A stretch of DNA of 64,000 nt from an uncultured Fibrobacterota bacterium (GCA_963753345.1 CAVWBU010000031.1:53972-117971), one strand, 5' to 3'; positions 42,772 to 53,716 are shown, counted from the stretch's first letter. Numbers and translations are program-made. The notes: generated by a model not told the origin, from the sequence alone.

Positions 42772-43838
42772 AGACCGTACCGCTTATCCTTGCCGGCGGC
42801 AAAGGCGAACGGTTCTGGCCCCTGTCGCGCTCGTCGCGTCCCAAGCAGCTTCTTTCTCTTGCCGGCACAAGAACCATGATCGAGGATGCCGTGGCGCGCG
42901 TCCGCGCCGCCTCGGGAAACGGAACGCCGCTTATCATCACGGGCCGCGATTGCGCCAGGGGAATCAGGAAAGCGCTGTCCTCCCGCGGCGCCTACCATTG
43001 CATTGTGGAACCGGTGGGCAAAAACACGGCGCCGGCAATCGCGCTTGCCGCGGTGTGGATGCAGCAGCGCTACGGCGAGGCGGTGATGCTCGTCGCGCCG
43101 GCCGATCACGCCATCGCGCCTCTTGACAAATACGCACGCGCCGTGCGCGCGGCCGTGACGGTGGCCAGGGACACTGGCAGTCTTGTGGTGTTCGGAATCC
43201 CGCCCAGCCGCCCCGAGACAGGGTACGGGTATATCGAACTGGGCAAGGCCGTTTCGGGCGCGCGCAATGTCTCGTATGTAAAGCGGTTCGTCGAGAAACC
43301 CACCCCTGCAAAGGCAGCCGCGTTCGCCGTGTCAAAGAAATATCTCTGGAACAGCGGTATGTTTGTCTGGAAGACGTCGGCGATACTCGAAGAATTCAAA
43401 CGCAGCATGCCGACGTTATACAAACAGGCCAAGCGTGCCGCCCGCGAAGGATTTACTAAACGCGCCATCGAGGCCTTCTACCGGTCATGCGAAAGCCAGT
43501 CGATAGACTACGGTATCATGGAGCACGCGAGGCGTATCGCGGTGGTGCGCGGGTCGTTCATCTGGGACGACATCGGGTCGTGGGAGGCAATGGCGAGGAT
43601 CCATAGGCCGAACAAGCGCGGGACCGTAGCGGCGGGGAAAGGGATTTTTGAAAGCGACTGCGAGAATACGATTGTTCAAAACACTTCCGGGAAGGCCGTG
43701 GCATCAATAGGGGTTTCCAATACCGTGCTTGTGGTAACTCCGGATGCAGTTTTGGCGATCTCGAGACCTTTACTCCCGCAAATCAAGAAGTATCTTGGGA
43801 TGATGAAAGAGCGGGGGTTTTCGAAGAAGTTGTTTTGA
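42768..43838 (+). CDS. manC: Mannose-1-phosphate guanylyltransferase
   Basis: [54 protein letters not shown]. Confidence 0.92.
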   Translation: MKTVPLILAGGKGERFWPLSRSSRPKQLLSLAGTRTMIEDAVARVRAASGNGTPLIITGRDCARGIRKALSSRGAYHCIVEPVGKNTAPAIALAAVWMQQRYGEAVMLVAPADHAIAPLDKYARAVRAAVTVARDTGSLVVFGIPPSRPETGYGYIELGKAVSGARNVSYVKRFVEKPTPAKAAAFAVSKKYLWNSGMFVWKTSAILEEFKRSMPTLYKQAKRAAREGFTKRAIEAFYRSCESQSIDYGIMEHARRIAVVRGSFIWDDIGSWEAMARIHRPNKRGTVAAGKGIFESDCENTIVQNTSGKAVASIGVSNTVLVVTPDAVLAISRPLLPQIKKYLGMMKERGFSKKLF

Positions 43839-43867
43839 TTCACAATTGATATGACACAAGAAGCGAT

Positions 43868-44027
43868 GGGCGTTCCCCTCGCCTTCGTCAAGTCTCAGGC
43901 TCGGGTCGGCCCTCCCTCCGGTCTCGGCCTTCGGCCTCGGGCCGCCACGGCCCTATGGCCCACAGGGCCGGGTCCGGGCGGCATCGTGCTCCAGCACGAC
44001 CTCTGGTCCGGCCTAACGCGCGGGCAG
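43868..44027 (+). repeat. Structured repeat family A, copy 8
   Basis: Hairpin variant TCGTGCT-CC-AGCACGA. Confidence 0.92.
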
Positions 44028-44085
44028 AAGGTGATAGCCGCAGGCCGGCAAACATCGGATGATTTACGGTACGTTGATTTGAACT

Positions 44086-44128
44086 TTCTCCCCCTTAACA
44101 AGGGGGAGGTGCCGAAGGCGGAGGGGGT
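44086..44128 (+). repeat. Hairpin module C
   Basis: CTCCCCCTT-AAC-AAGGGGGAG-GTGCC-GAA-GGCGG-AGGGGG. Confidence 0.85.
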
Positions 44129-44145
44129 TTCTCCGCAGCGGTTGG

Positions 44146-44310
44146 GTTGCGAAGGTGCGACGCTTCGCGAGCGTCATGCGAGCGAACTCGCGCACACCTT
44201 CGCAGGAAGGGGTGTGCCCCCGGATCGCCGTCGCCGCATTGTATAGAGGTCTGTGGTGAGCGGCGATGGAAGCCGGGGGCCAGGGGAAACCGCGAAGCGG
44301 TGTCCCCACC
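44146..44310 (+). repeat. Structured repeat family B (B2 type)
   Basis: GCGAAGGTG...CACCTTCGC-AGGAAGGGGTGTG...GGGGAAACCGCGAAGCGGTGTCCCCACC. Confidence 0.85.
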
Positions 44311-44381
44311 AGAGCATTTCGTATTTGTGAATTTTCCAGCGAAGCGAGGGAAACGCCCAGCCTTAAACGTTTATTACTCTT

Positions 44382-45554
44382 ATGGAAGAAAAAATTAAAT
44401 CCATATTATTTATAGCAGGCGACCCCTCAGGCGACGAACACGCCGCGCCGGTGATTCGGCGGCTTCGTACTTTACTTCCGCAAGTACATACGTTCGGCAT
44501 CGGCGGGCCGTGCATGCAGCAGGAGGGGTTCGAACAGCTTTTGCCCTTCGAGCCGTTCAACCGGATGGGGTTTGCCGAAGTGCTTTTGCAGCTCCCGTTT
44601 TTTCTGCGCGCAAGATCCCATCTTGTAAAGCAGCTTGCGTCCGCGCGGCCGGATGCGCTCGTGTGCGTCGACTATCCGGGGCTCAACATCCCGCTCATGA
44701 AGGCGGCGCGCAGGCTCGGCGTTCCGGTGGTGTGGTACATTGTTCCACAGGTGTGGGCGTGGAAGGAAAAGCGCGCTGCAGTGCTCGGCGCCAACGCGTC
44801 GCATATCGCGGTGGTGTTTCCGTTCGAAGCGGACTATTTCCGGCATTACGCCGCGCCCGTGACGTTTGTGGGCCACCCGCTCGTGGAGCTGCTCGACGCC
44901 AGGCGTCATGCCCCGCGGGCGGCGCTAAGGCCGTTCCCTGTTGTGCACACCAGCGTGCGGCTCGCGCTCGTGCCCGGAAGCAGGCGCCAGGAGATCGTGC
45001 GCATGCTCCCCGCCATGATCGACGCCGCCCTTTTGCTCAGGAAGCGGTATCCCGCGCTCACGGTGAAGGTGTCCATGCGTGCCGGACTTCCCCGCGACCT
45101 GTTCGCCTCTCCGGTCGCGCGTTTCGAATCGCGGTTTCCGGGCGCCATCGAGACGAGCGAGGAGCCGCTGTTCGACCTGGTTGGCAAATGCGACTGCGCC
45201 ATTGTCACCTCGGGCACGGCCACCCTGCAGACCGCGCTGTGCGGCGTTCCCCTGGTGGTGGCCTACCGCACCTCGGCACTTTCCTTTTCCCTTATGAAAA
45301 GCATGGTGAGGCTCCCGTACATCGGGCTCCCCAACATCGTGGCCGGGGAGCGCATCGTGCCGGAATGCATCCAGAACGACGTGACGGGCGAACGGCTCTC
45401 GGCCGAAATCGCCTCGTTTCTTGAATCCAAAGAGCGGTACGAAACCGCGAACCGCAGGCTCGTTGCACTTCGCGGCAGGCTCGGTGGAAAGAAGCCGTCG
45501 GAAGAAGTGGCGGGCATTATCCGTGATATCATATCGCGCAGAACGCAGGACTGA
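44382..45554 (+). CDS. lpxB: Lipid-A-disaccharide synthase
   Basis: IAGDPSGD, VDYPGLN, PQVWAW, FPFE, FVGHPL, PGSR..E, SGTATL, GLPNI. Confidence 0.95.
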   Translation: MEEKIKSILFIAGDPSGDEHAAPVIRRLRTLLPQVHTFGIGGPCMQQEGFEQLLPFEPFNRMGFAEVLLQLPFFLRARSHLVKQLASARPDALVCVDYPGLNIPLMKAARRLGVPVVWYIVPQVWAWKEKRAAVLGANASHIAVVFPFEADYFRHYAAPVTFVGHPLVELLDARRHAPRAALRPFPVVHTSVRLALVPGSRRQEIVRMLPAMIDAALLLRKRYPALTVKVSMRAGLPRDLFASPVARFESRFPGAIETSEEPLFDLVGKCDCAIVTSGTATLQTALCGVPLVVAYRTSALSFSLMKSMVRLPYIGLPNIVAGERIVPECIQNDVTGERLSAEIASFLESKERYETANRRLVALRGRLGGKKPSEEVAGIIRDIISRRTQD

Positions 45555-45589
45555 CTGGCGCGCCGGCTATCCCCGGACAACACCCAGAC

Positions 45590-46845
45590 ATGGACAGCAA
45601 GCCCCTGGAAACATCGCCGACCAAACGCTCCACCGTCGCAGTTGTCAAATGCAGTTCCTACGATCGCGATGAGGTCCTTTGCGCGGTGCGCCGGGGCGTC
45701 GGGCTTGTGGGCGGCATGGGGAGCTTTGTAAAAAGCGGTGAGACGATTCTCGTGAAGCCCAACGTGCTCGTGGGCGCGAATCCTGACCGGTGCGTTACCA
45801 CGCACCCGTCGGTGTTCTACGCCGTGTGCGCTTGCCTCAAAGAATGCGGGTGCAGGCTCACCTACGGCGATTCGCCGGCATTGTACGACGGATGGGGCAA
45901 AAGCGGACCTGCGTTGCGGAGGTCAGGGCTCTCGGCCGTTGCCGAGGAACTCGGCGTTGCATGCGCCGATTTTGAAAACGGCAGACAGGCGAAATACTCC
46001 GGAACCGCTTCGCATCGGCTGTTCATGATCGCCAACGGCGTGCTTGCGGCCGATGGCGTAGTGAGCCTGCCCAAGCTCAAGACCCACGGGCTCACGAGAA
46101 TCACCGGCGCCATCAAGAACCAGTACGGCTGCATTCAGGGCACGCACAAGGGCCAGTATCACGCGGCCGCACCCGGCGTGCACGGGTTCTCCAAAATCCT
46201 CGCCGACATAACGGCGTTTGTAAATCCCCGGCTCTACGTGATGGACGCGGTGATCGCCATGGAGGGAAACGGGCCCATGAACGGCGCTCCGAGGCCCGTG
46301 GGCGCGCTGCTGGTGTCGAGCGACCCGGTCGCGCTCGATGCCACCGCATGCCGGCTTGTCAACCTCGATCCGCGGTTTGTCCCGCCGCTTGCAGCCGGCA
46401 TGGATGCGGGCCTGGGCACCGGCGACCCGCGGTGCATCGACCTCGTGGGCGACGCCATCGAAGAGCTTGTCGTGCGCGACTTCCGCGTCACCCGCAGCGC
46501 GCCGCTGTCGCTGCCCGAGCACGGCGTAACGCGGTTCATCCGCAACGCGGTGGTCACCAGGCCCGTTATTGCCGCGCCGGCGTGCACGCGCTGCGGCGCC
46601 TGCATGCGCGCCTGCCCGCTAACGCCCGCCGCCCTTGCCTGGGGTCCCGCCGGCACAGCTCGGCCGCCCGTTTACAATTACGACAGATGTATCCGCTGCT
46701 TCTGCTGCCACGAGATATGCCCCTCAGGCGCCATTACCGTCAAAACGCCGCGGCAGGCAGGGTCGTGCCGTTCGTGTCCTATTTGTCGCTCGTGTTTTCG
46801 AATATGAGGGTGAGGAGGAGGGAGAGGAGCAGGAAGAGGAATTAA
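45590..46845 (+). CDS. DUF362 domain protein with C-terminal 2x[4Fe-4S] ferredoxin (possible frameshift near 46750)
   Basis: ILVKPN, TTHP, PKLKTH, GAIKN, MEGNGP; CTRCGACMRACP and CIRCFCCHEICP. Confidence 0.88.
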
Positions 46846-47199
46846 ATTGGTTGATAAATGAGTGAAAAGAAATAATGAGGGACATATTGCGTAAAAGGGA
46901 CGGATTGTTAAACAGATGGCAGATGTAAAAAGAGTCCCGTTGAAACCCTCCCCGGCGGGGGAGGGAAGGGAGGGTGGAATACAATAAGCATTTTGTCATT
47001 TCATTTCTTAAGGGTATGGTAATGGTGCTTCGCACCATCCATTATGTCGTTTGCCCTTTCCCAGCGGGATCTAAAGGGCATTCGACCCGACCAACGGGAG
47101 GAAATAGTCGCCCTTTCCATTTCTTGAATTTGATTTTGATTTCAAACTTCTTCCAGGCTGGATGTCTCGAGCGTCACTGCTCATTGCCTCTCCAACTCC

Positions 47200-48150
47200 T
47201 CAACTTCTCTCCTGCGCCAATTGATGCACCATCGTCGCCACCGATTCCGGCGTTATCTTGGCGAGACAATCGATATGGCGGTGCCTGCAGGAGCGCTTGA
47301 AACAGGGGGAACAGCCCATCTTTACGTGTGCGATTTTCACCTTTGCGCCGAGCGGCCGCGTCCAGGCCGGCGAGGTTGACCCGAAAATGCCGACCACGGG
47401 CGCGCCGGCAAAGCCAGCAACGTGCATGAGGCCGGAATCGTTGGCAACCACGGCCTTTGCGCTCGAAATGATCCGCGCCGCCTCGACGAGCGACGTTGTC
47501 CCGCACAGGTTTTTCACCCGTTCGGGAACGACGGACTCCACCGCCTCGGCCGCCTCAGCGTCGCCCGCGTCGCCGAGGACCACGATTTCGCGCTCGAACA
47601 GAAGGCCGGCGAGCGCCGGAAATCCGGGCCAGCGCTTGGCGGGACCGTACTTGGAACCGGGGCAGAACACGATGCACCCCGCATGGTCTTCCGGTTTGTC
47701 AAGTTTGACGCCCTGCCAGTATTCGGGCGGCACAAAGTCGGTTTCGAGCACCATGGCATACTCGTAGGTAAGATGGCGCGAAAAGTCGCGCAGGGTACGC
47801 GGGAGCGCCTGCGTGAGCAGGGAGGCCCGGCCGTCGCTCGCAAGGCCGCGACGCCGGGGGATCCTGGTGAGAAACGAAAAGAGCGCCGAGGAGAACGACG
47901 GCGGCAGAACGGCAACCGCGTCGAAACGCTCTTTCTTTACTTTTGCGAGCGTTTCGCGGTACTCGGCCAACGTTTTCCGCTTATAGGGGACAACGGGAAG
48001 GCCGGACATAAGCCCGCACAGCTCGGCGAGCGGAGGATGCGCAAGCAGGGTGACGTCGGCATGCTGCATGGTGATCTTGCGGTGGATCACCGACAGCGCA
48101 AGCATGCAGTCGCCCAGCCACGTGGGCATGATGATGAGCTCTTTGGCCAC
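47200..48150 (-). CDS. waaF: LPS heptosyltransferase II (GT9)
   Basis: PTWLGD, CPGSKYGPAKRW, NDSGLMHVA, IFGST, CSPCF. Confidence 0.85.
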   Translation of the reverse strand: MAKELIIMPTWLGDCMLALSVIHRKITMQHADVTLLAHPPLAELCGLMSGLPVVPYKRKTLAEYRETLAKVKKERFDAVAVLPPSFSSALFSFLTRIPRRRGLASDGRASLLTQALPRTLRDFSRHLTYEYAMVLETDFVPPEYWQGVKLDKPEDHAGCIVFCPGSKYGPAKRWPGFPALAGLLFEREIVVLGDAGDAEAAEAVESVVPERVKNLCGTTSLVEAARIISSAKAVVANDSGLMHVAGFAGAPVVGIFGSTSPAWTRPLGAKVKIAHVKMGCSPCFKRSCRHRHIDCLAKITPESVATMVHQLAQERS

Positions 48151-48240
48151 GCGTCCCCCCGGCGCCGCCCTGCGGGCGGCGCCCAGGGTTAATATATATC
48201 ACAGGGGTGATGCCGAAAAAGGCGCGGCCGCGGACGAAAA

Positions 48241-49641
48241 TCAGGCGCGCGGCGTGCCGATGAGGTACGACATGTAGCTTTTGTTTTCCTTCAACCATTG
48301 CCGCACGATGCCCTTGCCTGCAAACCGGATGAACGACGGGTAGAACGACCTGATGTGCGTGTTGCGGTACAGCCGCTGCACCGATGCGATTGCCCCGCTC
48401 ACCGTGGCGTTGATCGCGCTGTTTATCGCATTGGTGTAGGAGTAGAAGTCGCTGAAACATTCGATCATGCCGCGCTGCAGCTCGGTGGCGGTCATCTGCT
48501 TCGGCGCGAAGGTAACATGCAGACCGTCGTAGAAATTCCAGTCCTTGTGCAGAAGCCTTCCCTCGGTGTCAAGCTTTGCATAGACCTCGGTCCCGGGCAG
48601 AGGTGTGAGCACCGCATACTGGACGTAATCCAGTCCGCTTTCTTTTGAGAATTCGGCGGTGGTGCGGAACGTGTCGGCGGTGTCGGCGTCGTTGCCCAGA
48701 ATAAACATGCCGTGCACCATGATGTTGTTTTCGCGGAACACTCGAATTGAGCGTTTGATGTCCTCCACGGTCTGCCGCTTGTTCATGTCCTTGAGGGTCT
48801 GCGGGTTGATGGACTCGAACCCCACGTACACCACCTTGCAGCCCGCCTGCTTCATTTTCGTCACGAACTCGGGCCGCGCCGTCACGTTTGTCCGCACCTG
48901 CGCGGTCCATTTGCGGTTGAAGCGGTTGGCCAGCATAAGGTCCAAAATCTCGTTTGAACGCTCGATGTCGGCGCAGAAATTGTCGTCCACGAAGAATATG
49001 GTGCCCTTTGTATGGCGCGAGATTTCGTTCCACACGCGCGAGGGGCTCTGGCCCCGGTAGTCCCTGCCGAACATCTTGGTGACCGAGCAGAAGTTGCAGT
49101 CGAACGGGCAGCCGCGCGAGGTCATCACCGGTTTGAGCCCGCGCTTTCCCCAGCCCGAAATCAGCGAATAGTCGGGATACGGGAGCACGTCGAGGTTTTC
49201 GAGCCGCGTGCCGCGCACGAGGGGGTCCTTGATGGTCCCTTCCACTATGTCAAGGAACACCGATTCGGCCTCGCCGGTCACCACCTGGTCGAAGTGGGCG
49301 GCCACGTCGTCGGGGAGCATGCTGGCATGGATGCCGCCCACAATGGACCGCGACGGCCTCCCGAGTGCGGCGCGCGCGTCGCGGTACTCGGCCGAGATCC
49401 GTTTGCCGCGCTCGATGGTGGTCGTGATGCAGCTGACGCACAGAAGGTCGGCATCGGCAAGTTCCGTCGGTCTCACGTGCCTGCCCATGATGTTTTCATT
49501 GAAAATGGAGACCCGGTGGCCGGCGGCCTTCGCAATCGCCGAAAGGTACATGGGCCCGAGCAGCGGGATTGACATGAACCGGGAGAACACGTTTGCGACC
49601 GAGCCGGCCGGTTCCACGAAGAGAATTGTTTTCGGGTTCAT
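48241..49641 (-). CDS. B12-binding domain radical SAM protein
   Basis: GGIHA, GEAE, SRGCPFDCNFC, FVDDNF, GFES, LTPLPGT. Confidence 0.92.
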   Translation of the reverse strand: MNPKTILFVEPAGSVANVFSRFMSIPLLGPMYLSAIAKAAGHRVSIFNENIMGRHVRPTELADADLLCVSCITTTIERGKRISAEYRDARAALGRPSRSIVGGIHASMLPDDVAAHFDQVVTGEAESVFLDIVEGTIKDPLVRGTRLENLDVLPYPDYSLISGWGKRGLKPVMTSRGCPFDCNFCSVTKMFGRDYRGQSPSRVWNEISRHTKGTIFFVDDNFCADIERSNEILDLMLANRFNRKWTAQVRTNVTARPEFVTKMKQAGCKVVYVGFESINPQTLKDMNKRQTVEDIKRSIRVFRENNIMVHGMFILGNDADTADTFRTTAEFSKESGLDYVQYAVLTPLPGTEVYAKLDTEGRLLHKDWNFYDGLHVTFAPKQMTATELQRGMIECFSDFYSYTNAINSAINATVSGAIASVQRLYRNTHIRSFYPSFIRFAGKGIVRQWLKENKSYMSYLIGTPRA

Positions 49642-50141
49642 TGAGGTCCTTTCTGACGTGAAAGATCTTTGTCCGCATAGAGGTTTATCGAGAGAAGGCT
49701 GAGGCCGAACACCACCATCGAAAGCGGCCAGAGCTTGAACGAGACCGAGAACACGAGCCACAGCGCGCCGAACACCGCCACGAAAAATATCGAAATGTAA
49801 AGGAATACCTTGTTTTTGGTCGCGATGGTGGTGATCAGGAAGCACGAGCCCACGATGCCGAGAAACACCGTCCACAGGCGCGCCATGTCGGCCCAGGAGG
49901 TGAAGTTGAGGTAGTAGAAGAAAAGCCCCACCTGCAGCAGGAACGTTCCGATCCAGACCAGCGCCGCGTCACGCCGTTCACCCTGGAAGTACAGGAGGGT
50001 GAATCCCGTTCCCATAACAATGACAATGAGGGGCCAGTGCAAACTGATGCCGGCGACTATCTTGAAATTCTCAAGCGTGAGGACCACGCCGGTCACCATA
50101 AAAAGCGCTGCCATGGCGGTAAGGGAGGTGCGGGTTTTCAT
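49638..50141 (-). CDS. Small polytopic membrane protein with repeated WP motifs
   Basis: Several hydrophobic helices; HWPL/LWT/LWPL; translationally coupled to the radical SAM gene. Confidence 0.75.
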   Translation of the reverse strand: MKTRTSLTAMAALFMVTGVVLTLENFKIVAGISLHWPLIVIVMGTGFTLLYFQGERRDAALVWIGTFLLQVGLFFYYLNFTSWADMARLWTVFLGIVGSCFLITTIATKNKVFLYISIFFVAVFGALWLVFSVSFKLWPLSMVVFGLSLLSINLYADKDLSRQKGPQ

Positions 50142-50263
50142 AAATTATAGATGACAGAGGTAATGCGGGCGAGTGATCGGGATATTTGCGTATTTGTCCA
50201 ATATACTCCCTATCCTTGACAATACTATATAAATACTAAAAATTAATTGCAACGAGAAGAGAT

Positions 50264-50441
50264 GGGCGTTTCCCCGGCTAAGTAGAGGCGTACGGCCATG
50301 CGCCTCTACATAGCGGGTCGGCCCTCCTTCCGGTCTCGGCCATTCGGCCTCGGGCCGCCTCGGCCCGATGGCCGCGGTAGCGGCGGGTCCGGGCGGCAAT
50401 CCGCCTCTGGCGCGACCCTCCGGTCCGCCTAACGCGCGGCA
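50264..50441 (+). repeat. Structured repeat family A, copy 9
   Basis: Expanded first hairpin GTAGAGGCG...CGCCTCTAC; ends CCTAACGCGCGGCA. Confidence 0.85.
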
Positions 50442-50551
50442 ACGTGAATATCTTATTAGTCAATGTTATATATTGCGCCAAATGGAATTCTCGGAAATGC
50501 AGAAATTGGTTACTTCTAATTAGGTAAATATGATGAATTGTGAATCTCCGA

Positions 50552-50722
50552 TGCCAAGCGCCAGGCAGGACTGGAGGCCGTGCAAGAGCGCGGTGTCGCC
50601 CGCGGACCCGGCCCTGCGGGCCATAGGGCCGTGGCGGCCCGAGGCCGGAGGCCGACGACCCTTGGAAGCACCCGAAGGGGTGGACCGGAAGGACGGCCGC
50701 CGCCGTAATCGGCGGGGCGCCC
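50552..50722 (-). repeat. Structured repeat family A, copy 10
   Basis: Reverse strand GGGCGCCCCGCCG-ATTA-CGGCGG...CCTGGCGC. Confidence 0.88.
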
Positions 50723-50841
50723 AGATCTTCTCTTGAGTTATTAAGGATGATAAAAAATTATTGATTCGGTAGCCCCGGAAAGCTATCTTCTATGGGTGTA
50801 CCTTGTCTCCTGAGAATCTCCGCCAACCAAAAGGAGCGACT

Positions 50842-52437
50842 ATGATGCCACGAATCCTGAGCTGGAGCATCGGTCTGGCTGCCGTTTTCGGATTCCTCGG
50901 AATGCCGTTTGCAGCGCAGGCGGCCGGCGACGAAGGCCCCAACCCCACCATTTCGATGAACGGGACGAGGGGGATGATGTACGTCCAGTCGGCGGAGACA
51001 ATGGGCGCCGGGCGGTTGTCGTTCTCCATCGAGGGAAACTGGTACAAACAACAAGCGGATACGATTCTCCTTGCGCCGAACCCAGGCGCAAACGTCTTTT
51101 CTGGAACGCTGGCGTTTTCCTTCGGCGTCAGTCCCTGGTTCGACGTGTTCCTCCTCGGAAGCGGGTTCGGAATCGAAAATTACGACAGCAGCCTGGGCGC
51201 GGGCATCGGGTCCATCCAGGCGGGGGTCGTGGGGGCGCTGCCGCTTCCGGAAGAGTCGCCGATCCATCTCGGCGCGCAGGTGTCGGTGATCGGCGGCACA
51301 TCGGCCAATCAGATAGACGCCAATGGAATTGACGGATACGACTACTTCGAAACGCGCACCGGCTACGACTTCACGGGCAGGCTCCTCGAGTCGGTGGTTC
51401 TCGGGAAAGAGGCGCTGTCGTTCAAGATCCACCTGAACGAAGGGGCGGTGTTTTCGCTCCAGTCGGGCAAAGAGCCCCAGATGCTGCTCGGGTTCGGACT
51501 GCAGGGAAATGTCCACTCGATCCTGGTGCTCGGGCTCGAGGTGAACTCCCGCACCTTTTTCAAGGCCATCGAACTGGCAACCGATCCGCTGTGGGTGACG
51601 CCGTCCGTCACCTTCCGTACGCCGTATTACATGAATTTTGTCATCGGCGGAGATATATCGCTTTCGCAAGAGAGAACTTCCCCCGACCCGCTGCGCAGCC
51701 TCGAACAGTACCGCATTTTCGGCGCCATTGACTTCACCTTCGACCTGCTTGCCGGCAAGAGAAAGGCGGAGCGGGACGCCAAGGCGCAGGCCGAACGCGA
51801 GGCGAGCGAGACGCAGAAGAAGACCGCGCTCGAAAAAGAGGAACAGGCAAAGAAAGAAGCCGGGCTCAGGGCCGCCAACGACAGCCTTGCCCGGAAAATG
51901 AAGGCCGATTCCACAGCGGCGGCGAAGCAGCGCGATCTGGAGAAGCGCCGCGCCGATTCGCTTGCACAGAAAGCGGTGCAGGATTCCCTCGCGCTGGTGG
52001 ACACCAAGAAGCGGCTTCAGGACGAGATGTCAAAACGCTCCGACGTCGAAAAGCAGCTTCTGTCAACGGGCCTCCTTATCCTCGACGCGGTGTACTTTGA
52101 AAGCGGCAAGACCGAGATATCCATCAATTCGAAACCGTACCTCAACATCATCGGCAAGATGCTGCTCAAGTATCCCAAGCTCCAAATCGAAATCGGCGGC
52201 CACACCGACAACCTGGGCGGGTACGAGACCAACAGGCGCCTGAGCTTTGCGCGCGCCGAATCGGTGCGGCAGTACCTGGTGCAGGTCGCGCCGGACCTGG
52301 CGACCCATCTGACCGCCAACGGCTACGGCCCGGACATGCCCAAGGCCGACAACCGCACCGCCGCGGGCCGGAAACAGAACAGGCGGGTGGAGATGCAGGT
52401 GATGAACAAGGACGTGCTCAAGGAGTATAACCCGTAG
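50842..52437 (+). CDS. OmpA family outer-membrane protein (beta-barrel, coiled linker, OmpA_C)
   Basis: AAGGAG RBS; signal peptide; IEIGGHTD, N..LS..RA.SV, GYG, GRKQNRRVE. Confidence 0.92.
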   Translation: MMPRILSWSIGLAAVFGFLGMPFAAQAAGDEGPNPTISMNGTRGMMYVQSAETMGAGRLSFSIEGNWYKQQADTILLAPNPGANVFSGTLAFSFGVSPWFDVFLLGSGFGIENYDSSLGAGIGSIQAGVVGALPLPEESPIHLGAQVSVIGGTSANQIDANGIDGYDYFETRTGYDFTGRLLESVVLGKEALSFKIHLNEGAVFSLQSGKEPQMLLGFGLQGNVHSILVLGLEVNSRTFFKAIELATDPLWVTPSVTFRTPYYMNFVIGGDISLSQERTSPDPLRSLEQYRIFGAIDFTFDLLAGKRKAERDAKAQAEREASETQKKTALEKEEQAKKEAGLRAANDSLARKMKADSTAAAKQRDLEKRRADSLAQKAVQDSLALVDTKKRLQDEMSKRSDVEKQLLSTGLLILDAVYFESGKTEISINSKPYLNIIGKMLLKYPKLQIEIGGHTDNLGGYETNRRLSFARAESVRQYLVQVAPDLATHLTANGYGPDMPKADNRTAAGRKQNRRVEMQVMNKDVLKEYNP

Positions 52438-52471
52438 GAGGGCCTGTTTCGAAGTGTGGTTTACTGAGGAG

Positions 52472-52504
52472 AAAGCCTCCGCCTGCCTGGGCGGGGGCTT
52501 TTTT
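52472..52504 (+). terminator. Rho-independent terminator after ompA
   Basis: AAAGCCTCCGCC-TGCCTG-GGCGGGGGCTTT followed by T-run. Confidence 0.75.
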
Positions 52505-52640
52505 AATGATGTTTCTTCTGATTATCAAATTGATAAGTTAATTAATGATGAACGACGGTTGTGGCTGTCAATTTTGATGATAGGGCGAAGGAATATGGAG
52601 GTGAAAGTTTTTTCTTTTAAGAAAACGATAGAAAGACTAA

Positions 52641-52802
52641 GAGCTTATCCGTAAATAATGATTTGGGCTGCAACCGGCTGCAAAAACCGCCTGCTTTGTC
52701 AGGCTGCATCGGCGTATCGCCATGTGATACGCCTGCTTCGCCTTTCGCGCATGCGGCTTTTTCGCTCGGTTTCGCCATCAAACCTTATTCACGGATAAGC
52801 TC
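52641..52802. mobile_element. MITE with terminal inverted repeats and TAA target duplication
   Basis: GAGCTTATCCGTAAATAA ... TTATTCACGGATAAGCTC (17/18 match), TAA on both sides. Confidence 0.85.
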
Positions 52803-52936
52803 TAAGCCGTCTGTTAGAAGCCTCCCTTGGGGGAGGTTGGGTGGGGGATTCTAATAAGCATTTTCCATAGCGGGTCTAAGGGCCGGCCAGGCCCTTCCAA
52901 CTCTTGAAATTGTATTTGAATTTGTATTTTAATATC

Positions 52937-53518
52937 TCAATTAAGCTCCGGCACCAGCGACCACCCCTCGTCGGTGCATTTCCCCGTCTTGCCCGTGTCG
53001 CAGGTGAAGCGGTAGTGGATGGTGAGGCGGCCGCCGGCCGGCGCGTTGACGGCCTTCACCGTGTTTTTCATCTGCTTGAGCTTGGCCTCCATCACGCCGA
53101 TGCCGTAATTGTAGTTCTTGTTCTCGTTTGTCATTATCCGGCGGTTGATTTTCTTCTCGTAATCGTCGATCTCGGTGAGGGAGAACAGGCTCACCCGGTG
53201 GATGCCCGGGGCAACCGTCACCACATTACGCTTGAACACCGGGCTCATCTCCACGTCGTCGACGAACACGCGCATGTCCTTTTCCTTGCCGTCGATCACC
53301 GCGCTGTCGATGACCACCACCAGGCTGCACAGCCGCACCGTGTTTTTCTGCGTCTCGTCGGCGCAGTATTTCTCCTTGAGCATAAAGTACTCGAACTCGC
53401 GCTGGCTCATGGCGTCGAGCGGTTTCTTCTTGAGTTCCAGATAGCGAGGGTCGTCGCAGGGACCTTGACAGAAAGCAAGAGCCGACAGCGAGAGGATCAG
53501 AAGAGCAGATGATTTCAC
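52937..53518 (-). CDS. Hypothetical secreted protein
   Basis: GGGAG RBS, GTG start, signal peptide, GC3-rich codons. Confidence 0.7.
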   Translation of the reverse strand: MKSSALLILSLSALAFCQGPCDDPRYLELKKKPLDAMSQREFEYFMLKEKYCADETQKNTVRLCSLVVVIDSAVIDGKEKDMRVFVDDVEMSPVFKRNVVTVAPGIHRVSLFSLTEIDDYEKKINRRIMTNENKNYNYGIGVMEAKLKQMKNTVKAVNAPAGGRLTIHYRFTCDTGKTGKCTDEGWSLVPELN

Positions 53519-53716
53519 GGGAGCCCCTTTCACGAAAAAGGACGTGTGGCCGATTTTTCCAAAATAAATAATCGTTGGTCGGATGGCACGAACAAACCGC
53601 ACAGTCTGATGGCGCACGCGTCATGGTGAATATGTGTTCCGGCGGGATTTCCCGATGTGACGGCCGTCACCAACGGGGATGACTGAAAAGGTGGATGGCT
53701 GCCGCCGCGTGCGCAG

